Shown here: piece after piece, positions 56,936 to 64,000 of the stretch | Position numbering within the stretch: position 1 is the stretch's first letter | How the letters are laid out: every line of letters starts with the position of its first letter | Source: Candidatus Omnitrophota bacterium | GTDB taxonomy: Bacteria; Omnitrophota; Omnitrophia; Omnitrophales; Aquincolibacteriaceae | Direction: 5' to 3' | Assembly (NCBI GenBank): GCA_043803685.1 | Contig: JAZDJU010000040.1 | Location: forward strand, 1 to 64,000 | DNA length: 64,000 nucleotides | The notes under the pieces: generated by a model | What the model saw: only the letters and a program-made list of their open reading frames with translations | The model's database searches: none | What the model was told of the DNA's origin: nothing | Made by a program: the position numbers and the translations under genes

Positions 56936-57283
56936 ATGAAAAAATACGAAGGGTTGTTCATTTTTCCGCCGGAGATCACGGGCGAGTCTCACAAGGATCC
57001 TGCCGCGGAAGTCGTGAAATGGATCGAGAAGTACCAGGGCAAAGTGATCCAGAAAACCGATCTCGGGAAAAAGACGTTGGGCCATATGATCGGGAAGTAT
57101 AAAGACGGCCGGACGTTCGTGTTCGAGTTCGAGATGGATCCTTCCCGGACGCAGGATTTTCGTAAGGAACTTGAGCTTCAGGAGAACCTTTTGAAATACA
57201 TGGTGAGCATTCCTGCCAAAAAGCCGGCGTTGCCGCCTCTTGCAACCACGCCCGTGACTCCTGTCGCGGCGCCTAAAGTATAA
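56936..57283 (+). CDS. rpsF: 30S ribosomal protein S6
   Basis: KKYEGLFIF, GKK.L...I.K..DG; synteny with ssb-rpsR-rplI. Confidence 0.88.
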   Translation: MKKYEGLFIFPPEITGESHKDPAAEVVKWIEKYQGKVIQKTDLGKKTLGHMIGKYKDGRTFVFEFEMDPSRTQDFRKELELQENLLKYMVSIPAKKPALPPLATTPVTPVAAPKV

Positions 57284-57310
57284 TTCATCTAACGCGCGAG
57301 ATATTGACCT

Positions 57311-57796
57311 ATGGCCGTAAGTTTGAATAAAGTCATGTTGATCGGGAATCTCACCCGGGATCCGGAACTCCGGTATATCCCTTCGGGACAGGCCGTGACG
57401 ACTTTTACGATCGCGGTCAACCGTACGTTCAACTCCAAGGCCGGAGAAAAAAAAGAAGAAGTTTGTTTTATCCGGATCGTGGTCTGGGCGCGTCTCGCGG
57501 AGATCTGCAATGAATACTTGAAAAAAGGTCGCCCTGTTTTCGTGGAAGGAAGGATCCAGACACGGAGTTGGGATGGACCGGATGGTAATAAACGGTACTC
57601 CACGGAAGTCGTCGCTGACAATGTCCAGTTCCTCGGCTCGAAACCCGGAAGCGGGAAGGGCGAGGGCTCTGACGTGCCGGCCATGGATGTGGATGACAGC
57701 ATTTTTGAAGCCCCGGAGGGCGGCATGCCTTCCAAAAAGGGTTCCGTCTCCCTTTCAAAGGACGAACTTAAACCCGACGAAGAAATTCCCTTCTAA
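57311..57796 (+). CDS. ssb: single-stranded DNA-binding protein
   Basis: NKVMLIGNLTRDPELRY, C-terminal EEIPF. Confidence 0.97.
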   Translation: MAVSLNKVMLIGNLTRDPELRYIPSGQAVTTFTIAVNRTFNSKAGEKKEEVCFIRIVVWARLAEICNEYLKKGRPVFVEGRIQTRSWDGPDGNKRYSTEVVADNVQFLGSKPGSGKGEGSDVPAMDVDDSIFEAPEGGMPSKKGSVSLSKDELKPDEEIPF

Positions 57797-57894
57797 TACC
57801 GCGTTACTATTGATTTTTTACGGGTTCGCAGCATTGTACCGTTAACCCGTAAGAAAAATAAAAAACGGTGCTAAATCAGCCAGGTGTGAAAGAT

Positions 57895-58212
57895 ATGAAA
57901 CCGAGATCTTCTAAGTTTGGAAAATTTGAAAAGAAAAAACCTTTCGACAAGAATGCCCGCGGTCCGAAAAAAGGCGAAAAGGGCTACGGTTCTCCCGTCC
58001 GGACTCCTTCGCGCGCGCCGCGTAAGCGGATGCGCCGTGTGCTTCCTCACATGGATTACAAGGATGTGGAAGCTCTCGGGAAATATGTTACTGAAAAGGG
58101 CAAGATCCTGCCGCGTCGTATCACGCGCTTGAGCTCGAAGGACCAGCGGACGCTCACGCGTCTCATCAAGAAGTCGCGTCACTCGGGGCTTCTGGCGTTC
58201 CAGGCGAATTGA
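57895..58212 (+). CDS. rpsR: 30S ribosomal protein S18 (N-terminally extended)
   Basis: [19 protein letters not shown]...IK.SR..GLL. Confidence 0.93.
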   Translation: MKPRSSKFGKFEKKKPFDKNARGPKKGEKGYGSPVRTPSRAPRKRMRRVLPHMDYKDVEALGKYVTEKGKILPRRITRLSSKDQRTLTRLIKKSRHSGLLAFQAN

Positions 58213-58256
58213 TCGCCCGGCCACTTTAAAAATATAGAAAAAAGAGGAATCGATCC

Positions 58257-58712
58257 ATGGAGTTATTGCTTCTGAAGAATGTGGCGGATGTCGGAAAAAA
58301 AGGCGATGTCGTGCGTGTGCGTGACGGGTTTGCGCGGAATTTCCTGCTCCCTCAAGATCTCGCGATCCCGGCGACCCGCGCCAACAAACAATTCTTTGCG
58401 GAAAAGCGCGCCCGGAATACCGTGCGTAAAGCCAAGGAAAAAGAAGCGGCCGAGAAGCGCGCCAAGGATATGAAGGATCTGACGATCTCGATCGAGGTCA
58501 AGGCGGGCGAGGGGGATAAGCTTTATGGTTCCGTGACGGCTGAAGATCTTCGCGTGGCGCTTGAAAAGATGGGGCACGCTTTTGAAAAGAAGCAGATCCG
58601 GATCAAAGATCCCTTGAAGACCTTGGGATCCCACCAGGTCGATCTGGAGATCTACCCGCAAGTCAAGACGCGTCTGACGGTCGAGCTCATTCGCAGTTCC
58701 GAACCGCAATAA
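58257..58712 (+). CDS. rplI: 50S ribosomal protein L9
   Basis: G..GDVV.V.DGFARNFLLP, KLYGSVT. Confidence 0.96.
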   Translation: MELLLLKNVADVGKKGDVVRVRDGFARNFLLPQDLAIPATRANKQFFAEKRARNTVRKAKEKEAAEKRAKDMKDLTISIEVKAGEGDKLYGSVTAEDLRVALEKMGHAFEKKQIRIKDPLKTLGSHQVDLEIYPQVKTRLTVELIRSSEPQ

Positions 58713-58809
58713 TTTTAGAGAAATCAGGCAAGGAATCCCGGACGGTTCTCTTCAGCGTTTATAATAAGGGAGATCGGCCGGCCGTTTTAGTTCCCCTCTG
58801 AGGTCATTT

Positions 58810-60171
58810 GTGGCTGAATTGCAGACAACGGTCAATCATTACGAAAAACTTCCGCCCCAGAATCGCGAAGCTGAAATGAGCGTTCTGGGCGCGATGTTTT
58901 TTGACGAGATCGCGCTCGCGAAGGCCATTGAAGTCCTGTCCCCCGATTTTTTCTACGACCAGCGTCACCAGAATATCTTCACGGTCATGACCGGTCTTTT
59001 TTCCAAAAACCAGCCTGTGGACCTCATCACCGTCTCCGAAGAGCTTAAGCAGCGCAAACAGCTTGAGGAATTGGGCGGGATCAGCTACCTGACCCAACTC
59101 ACCACGATTGTTCCGACCGCGGCGAATATCGAACACTATGCCCGTATCGTTAAGGACAAGGCGCTGCTCCGTAAGCTCATCCAGTCGGGGACGCAGATCG
59201 TGCAAAGCAGTCTTGAGTCTGACGGGAATGCTCGCGAGATGATCGATAACGCCGAGAAGATGATCTTTGATATCGGTCAATCGCAGATCGAGAACAAGAC
59301 CGTTCAGATCAAGGACATCATTCACGAGAGCATGGAGACGATCGACCAACTCTTTCAGCGCAAGGAACATATCACAGGGGTCGCGACCGGTTTTCACGAA
59401 TTCGACATGAAGACCGCGGGGCTTCAACCTTCGGACCTGATCATCGTGGCGGGCCGTCCTTCAATGGGGAAATCCGCTTTCGCCACAGCGATCATTGAAC
59501 ACGCGGGCATTAATCTGAAAAAACCCGTCGTCATTTTCTCGCTTGAAATGAGCAAAGAACAGCTCGTGCAGAGGATGCTGTGTTCGCATGCGCGTGTGGA
59601 CGCTCAAAAAGTCCGCACAGGGTATCTGTCCCACCAGGATTGGCCGAAGCTCACGGCCGCCGCCGGGAAACTTTCCGAAGCGCCGATCTTCATTGATGAC
59701 ACGCCGGGTCAGACCGTGCTCGAGATCCGCGCGAAGGCGCGCCGTCTCAAGATGAAGCACGATATTTCGCTGATCGTGATCGACTATTTGCAGCTCATGC
59801 AAGGCTCGAAGGCCGAGAACCGCCAGCAGGAGATCTCCGAGATCTCCCGGTCTCTTAAGGCCCTTGCGCGCGAGGTCCGGGTTCCCGTGATCGCGGTCAG
59901 CCAGCTTTCCCGGGCCGTGGAGTCCAGGACCGGCAACCGGCCGCAGTTGTCCGATCTTCGTGAGTCAGGCGCCATTGAACAGGACGCAGACGTAGTTGTA
60001 TTTCTTTTCAGAGAGGAGTATTATCAACCCTCCGAAGAGAACAAGAATAAGGCCGAGGCGATCATCGCCAAGCAGCGTAACGGCCCCACGGGTGCCATCC
60101 CGCTTGTGTTTCTCAAGGAATGGACACGTTTCGATAATCCAGAATTTTTTAGATCTGAGGAATCTGCATGA
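58810..60171 (+). CDS. dnaB: replicative DNA helicase
   Basis: PPQN.EAE, GRPSMGKS, FSLEMS, IDYLQL, SQLSR, DLRESGAIEQDAD; no intein. Confidence 0.97.
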   Translation: MAELQTTVNHYEKLPPQNREAEMSVLGAMFFDEIALAKAIEVLSPDFFYDQRHQNIFTVMTGLFSKNQPVDLITVSEELKQRKQLEELGGISYLTQLTTIVPTAANIEHYARIVKDKALLRKLIQSGTQIVQSSLESDGNAREMIDNAEKMIFDIGQSQIENKTVQIKDIIHESMETIDQLFQRKEHITGVATGFHEFDMKTAGLQPSDLIIVAGRPSMGKSAFATAIIEHAGINLKKPVVIFSLEMSKEQLVQRMLCSHARVDAQKVRTGYLSHQDWPKLTAAAGKLSEAPIFIDDTPGQTVLEIRAKARRLKMKHDISLIVIDYLQLMQGSKAENRQQEISEISRSLKALAREVRVPVIAVSQLSRAVESRTGNRPQLSDLRESGAIEQDADVVVFLFREEYYQPSEENKNKAEAIIAKQRNGPTGAIPLVFLKEWTRFDNPEFFRSEESA

Positions 60172-62531
60172 AGCGTTTCGTAGCTCTCTTGTTAGTGCTC
60201 ACTCTCTGCGTGACCGGTTCGTCCGCGTTGTGGGCGGAAGATGTCGCCCCAAAGGCGACGGATCAAGCGGTCGCGGCCTCCCCAAGTTCTGGCGCCTCAG
60301 ACCCACAGGGTGTTTCCAAAGTCACCCCGACGGTCGTGGCGGTGGAAGTACGTGGGAACCGTATCGTGAGCACGAACACGATTCTGAGCAAGATCCAAAC
60401 AAAACAGGGGCTCGCGCTCAAACAGCAGACGGTCAATGAAGATATTAAGCGCCTTTACGCGACCGGATTCTTTGAGGATGTGAAGCTCGAGGTGGAGGAA
60501 CTTCCCGCGGGTTATAAGCTGATCGTGGAAGTGGATGAGAAACCGATCGTCAAGCAGATCACCTTTGACGGGGCGATCACCTTTAAAGAGGACAAACTTC
60601 GCAAGACGCTCGGCGTGATCGAAGGACAGATCCTGGACCGCAAGGCCGTTAAGAAGGGCGAAGAGGAGATCCGCAAACTTTACGCGGACAAGGGGTTCCG
60701 ATTCCTGGACCTGCAGACTTCCGTGAATGTGGATTCGTCGACCAAGGAAGCCATCATCACGATCACGATCTTCGAAGGGAAAAAGTTCAAGATCAGCAAG
60801 ATCTCGTTCGAAGGGCAGAAGGCCTTTAAGGCCAAGCAACTCTCCAAGCTCATGAAGACCAAAGAGAAGTTGTTCTTTCTCTTCGGTTCGTTCAAAGAGG
60901 GCGATTTCGAGAAAGACCTTGAAAAGATCAGCTTCTTCTATCAGAAGGAGGGTTATCTGGATGTGAAAGTTGTTCCGGAATTCAATTATGACAAGGATCG
61001 GAACACGATCCAGATCGTGATCAAAATCGAAGAAGGACAACATTATGTGACCGGCGAGGTGAAGTTCAAGGGTAACACCCTTTTCCCGGAATCCGAACTT
61101 TGGCAGCAACTCGAGATGTTGCCCGGTCTGACCTATTCGCAGTACTATGTGGCGCAGGACATCGAAAAGATCCGCCAGTTCTACGCCAGTGAAGGTTATA
61201 TAGAAGCCCGCGTGGTGCCTGACGTGAAGCTGAACCGTGACAGCGGGAAGGTAGACGTCGCTTACGAGATCCAGGAAGGGGACCTCTACTTTGTGGAGAA
61301 GGTCCAGATCCGTGGGAACACCAAGACCCGGGATAAGGTCATCCGTCGCGAGCTTCGCATCCGCCCAGGTGAGCGCTTTGACGGGAAGAAGATCGACAAG
61401 TCCAAGGAACGCCTCGAGAATCTGAACTATTTTGAAGAGATCACCTATGATACCGAGCCCACGGAGTCCGGGTCGAACCGGAAGGACCTTATTTTCAGGG
61501 TCAAAGAGAAACGCACTGGAGAACTTTCGTTCGGCGGCGGTGTCAGCTCGGTCGATACCTTCATGGGTTTTGCCGAGATCTCCCAGCGCAACTTTGACAT
61601 GTTCAATTGGCCCCGTTTTACCGGCGGCGGGCAATCGCTTTCGATCCGCGGACAGATGGGGACCGTTCATCAGGAATACGACGTCAGTTTCGTTGAGCCC
61701 TATCTTTTCAATAAACCGATCTCTTGGGGCACGAATATTTTTCTTAACTCCCAGGACAACAAGAACACCCTCTTTGGCGAGCGTCGCATGGGCGCTTCGA
61801 CGACCGTGTCGCGTCTTTTCAAGGATGTTCTCCGTGTCGGTAGCGGGTATACGCTGGAGCGCGTGAAACTCGAGGATGTTGCGGATACGGCCCCTGTTTC
61901 TGTGACGGAGTTTGAAGGGCCGGACTGGCTTTCCAGGCTTCGCGCGTTCACGACCTTTGACAATCGCGACAACGTGTTCAATCCCAGCAAAGGGCGCGTG
62001 CTCAATCTTTCGGGTGAGCTCGTCGGAAGTTTCCTCGGGGGCGATCAGGAGTTTTACATCCTCCGGTCGGGGTATACGGAATATCTTACGATCCGCAAGA
62101 AGCATCAGTTGGAATTCCAGGCCCGGTTGGCCACGTCGCAGGCGTTCGGGAAATCCTCAACGACTCCGGCCTACGACAGGTTTTTTGCCGGCGGTCTTGG
62201 AACGGTGCGCGGTTATAATTACCGTCGTGTCGGTCCCCAGGAAGATGGAGAAGCTGTGGGTGGTCAGACCATGGCCATTGTGAATCTGGACTACACTTTC
62301 CCGCTTCCTTATCTTGACGCGTTCCGCGGCGTGCTGTTTGTGGACGCGGGAAATGTCAGCGCGGATTCTTACAATGTCGATTTCGGGGATTTCGCCGTCA
62401 GCGTGGGGCCCGGGATCAAAGTGAAGACGCCGATCGGGCCTTTGGCGTTTTATTACGGGCTTCCCGTCCTCAATCGGGATACCAAGAACAGAAATGGACG
62501 TTTTGAATTTAGTTTGAGCCGCAGTTTCTAA
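60168..62531 (+). CDS. bamA: outer-membrane protein assembly factor
   Basis: five POTRA domains, GNTKTRDKVIRRE, VRGY motif, TPIGP, terminal F. Confidence 0.96.
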   Translation: MKRFVALLLVLTLCVTGSSALWAEDVAPKATDQAVAASPSSGASDPQGVSKVTPTVVAVEVRGNRIVSTNTILSKIQTKQGLALKQQTVNEDIKRLYATGFFEDVKLEVEELPAGYKLIVEVDEKPIVKQITFDGAITFKEDKLRKTLGVIEGQILDRKAVKKGEEEIRKLYADKGFRFLDLQTSVNVDSSTKEAIITITIFEGKKFKISKISFEGQKAFKAKQLSKLMKTKEKLFFLFGSFKEGDFEKDLEKISFFYQKEGYLDVKVVPEFNYDKDRNTIQIVIKIEEGQHYVTGEVKFKGNTLFPESELWQQLEMLPGLTYSQYYVAQDIEKIRQFYASEGYIEARVVPDVKLNRDSGKVDVAYEIQEGDLYFVEKVQIRGNTKTRDKVIRRELRIRPGERFDGKKIDKSKERLENLNYFEEITYDTEPTESGSNRKDLIFRVKEKRTGELSFGGGVSSVDTFMGFAEISQRNFDMFNWPRFTGGGQSLSIRGQMGTVHQEYDVSFVEPYLFNKPISWGTNIFLNSQDNKNTLFGERRMGASTTVSRLFKDVLRVGSGYTLERVKLEDVADTAPVSVTEFEGPDWLSRLRAFTTFDNRDNVFNPSKGRVLNLSGELVGSFLGGDQEFYILRSGYTEYLTIRKKHQLEFQARLATSQAFGKSSTTPAYDRFFAGGLGTVRGYNYRRVGPQEDGEAVGGQTMAIVNLDYTFPLPYLDAFRGVLFVDAGNVSADSYNVDFGDFAVSVGPGIKVKTPIGPLAFYYGLPVLNRDTKNRNGRFEFSLSRSF

Positions 62532-62573
62532 AGTCTTTCAACTGTCATCCCATTCAAAAAAAGGAGAAATACC

Positions 62574-63086
62574 ATGGATCGTAAAGTCAAAGCGGGTCTT
62601 TTAGCAATATTGTTGGTCGTCAGTCTGGTGCTACCGGCTTTCGCGGCCGAGATGAAGTTTGCCTATGTCGATGTCGGCGAAGTTTTTGATAATTACCAGA
62701 GGACCAAGGACCAGGACCTGATGCTCAAAACAGCGGGGGAAGCCAAGGAAAAAGAACGCGCTGAGATGGCGACAAAGATCCGTTCGATGGAAGACGAATT
62801 GGCCCTTCTGGCAGCCGATGCCCGTGCCACCAAGCAGGAGCAACTGATCGAAAAGAAACGCCAACTTGAGGATTTTGATCGCGTGGTCCGTCAGCAACTC
62901 GCGGAACAGCGTGACAAGGTGGTCCGTGAGATCTTCCAGGAGATCGACGCGATCGTTCAGGACCTTTCGGCTAAGGGCGGTTATGACATGGTCTTCAACA
63001 AACGCGTCCTTCTCGCTCAGAAAAAGAACTTTGACATTACCCCGCAGGTTTCTGCTGAGCTTGCGAAAAAATACAAAAAGGTCTAA
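62574..63086 (+). CDS. skp: OmpH/Skp periplasmic chaperone
   Basis: signal peptide, K.AYVD, coiled coil, GYD.V, DIT. Confidence 0.9.
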   Translation: MDRKVKAGLLAILLVVSLVLPAFAAEMKFAYVDVGEVFDNYQRTKDQDLMLKTAGEAKEKERAEMATKIRSMEDELALLAADARATKQEQLIEKKRQLEDFDRVVRQQLAEQRDKVVREIFQEIDAIVQDLSAKGGYDMVFNKRVLLAQKKNFDITPQVSAELAKKYKKV

Positions 63087-63095
63087 GCCGGAACG

Positions 63096-64000
63096 ATGAA
63101 ACAAAGAACCCTAAAAGCCCGAGCTGTTTTTGAAGGAACGGGACTTCATACCGGCCGTAAGGTGACCGTGTGTGTGCGTCCAGCCGCGGAAAATGCCGGG
63201 ATCCTCTTTTGTCGCGTGGATCTGGCACCGGAACTCAAGGTCAAGGCCGCGATCGAGAATGTCCGCTCCGATGAAATGCGCCAGACCGCGATCACGGTCG
63301 GGGAAGGATGCGTTCGCACGATCGAGCATCTCATGGCCTCTTTCCACGGACTCGGGATCGACAACGCGTTGGTGGAGATCGACGGCGAGGAAGTCCCGGG
63401 GATGGACGGAAGCGCTCTGGAATTCACGCAAGGGTTGATCTCGGCCGGGCTTGAGGAGCAGAGCGCGGAACGCAAGTTTCTTGAGGTCACCGTCCCTGTG
63501 TACGTCGATCAGGGCGATCAGTCGATCGTCATTCTTCCGGCCGATTCGTTCTCGATCTCGTATATGCTGAACTACCGGGATGCCGACCTTCTAGACCAGT
63601 ATCTTTCGCTCCCCATCATGCCGGAGATCTTTGAGCGGGAATTGGCACCGGCCCGCACTTTTTGTCTTAAAAAGGAAGCGGAGCTACTGCTTTCCAAAGG
63701 GTTCGGGAAAGGCGCGAATCCTTCCAACACGCTTATTTTCGAAAAGAACCGGCCGCTCCAGAACACGCTTCGATTTGAGAATGAAGCTTGCCGCCACAAA
63801 ATGATGGATATTCTCGGCGATATTTTTTTGTGCGGAAAATTCATCCGCGGGCACGTGATCGCTTCCCGGAGCGGCCATGCCCTTAACGTTGAACTTGTGA
63901 GGAAACTGATGATGAACATTCCTTCGGAACCGAAGCCGCTTGCCAAAACGTTGAATGTGGAAGAGATCCAAAAGATCATTCCCCACCGCTATCCCTTTCT
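63096..64000 (+). CDS. lpxC: bifunctional LpxC/FabZ (partial, runs off window)
   Basis: MKQRTL..G.GLHTG, TIEHLMA, GIDN, P.MDGS, APARTF, RHKMMD..GD, then FabZ start IQKIIPHRYPF; absent from ORF track because no stop in window. Confidence 0.93.
   Translation, partial: MKQRTLKARAVFEGTGLHTGRKVTVCVRPAAENAGILFCRVDLAPELKVKAAIENVRSDEMRQTAITVGEGCVRTIEHLMASFHGLGIDNALVEIDGEEVPGMDGSALEFTQGLISAGLEEQSAERKFLEVTVPVYVDQGDQSIVILPADSFSISYMLNYRDADLLDQYLSLPIMPEIFERELAPARTFCLKKEAELLLSKGFGKGANPSNTLIFEKNRPLQNTLRFENEACRHKMMDILGDIFLCGKFIRGHVIASRSGHALNVELVRKLMMNIPSEPKPLAKTLNVEEIQKIIPHRYPF

Noticed and set aside
60297..62105. 602-aa minus-strand ORF
   Set aside because: Antisense shadow of bamA.
63096..63200. frameshifted lpxC at the GTGTGTGTG tract
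   Set aside because: Manual translation stays in frame through the conserved LpxC motifs.

Overview
GC-rich bacterial chromosomal window from a diderm organism (BamA, Skp, LpxC present). Gene content suggests a PVC-superphylum organism such as Omnitrophota, which is inference only. Layout: (1) 0.3-15.3 kb, mixed accessory genes (CPA2 K+ antiporter, AsmA-like protein, GAF histidine kinase, CYTH protein, split AmmeMemoRadiSam trio, GIDE+LemA, D-lactate dehydrogenase, IGHMBP2-like helicase, acyltransferase). (2) 15.7-37.2 kb, a metal/arsenic/redox block: RAPP-motif leader, outer-membrane protein and Zn/Mn ABC parts, ZIP, DPSL ferritin, a DUF134 operon, fur-feoAB, a DUF134-arsP-trx-arsF-arsG-acr3 cluster, peroxiredoxin, TolC-RND. 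(3) gatC-gatA, a 3.1-kb AT-rich island, then gatB, tsaD, mgtC, hisG, a bS22-like small ORF and ispE. (4) A rearranged tRNA-Gln locus, then the core block glmU-prs-rplY-pth-rpsF-ssb-rpsR-rplI-dnaB-bamA-skp-lpxC/fabZ. The best candidates for undescribed systems are three. (a) A ~0.94-kb GIY-YIG mini-element inside the host tRNA-Gln gene: it carries its own intact tRNA-Gln and is bounded by 85-bp direct repeats, each with a 63-bp array of four mini-hairpins inserted in the anticodon. (b) In the gatA-gatB island, three colinear composite sites made of fixed-length 24-bp hairpins (RATT-N16-AATT) around an 11-6-11 recombinase-like core, bracketing AT-rich ORFs like gene cassettes. (c) A CxxC/His-rich RAPP leader whose last codons are complementary to the downstream Shine-Dalgarno sequence. 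The window also holds many dispersed palindromic repeat families, one of them inserted in-frame in gatB. All product calls come from motif recognition by eye; no database searches were run.
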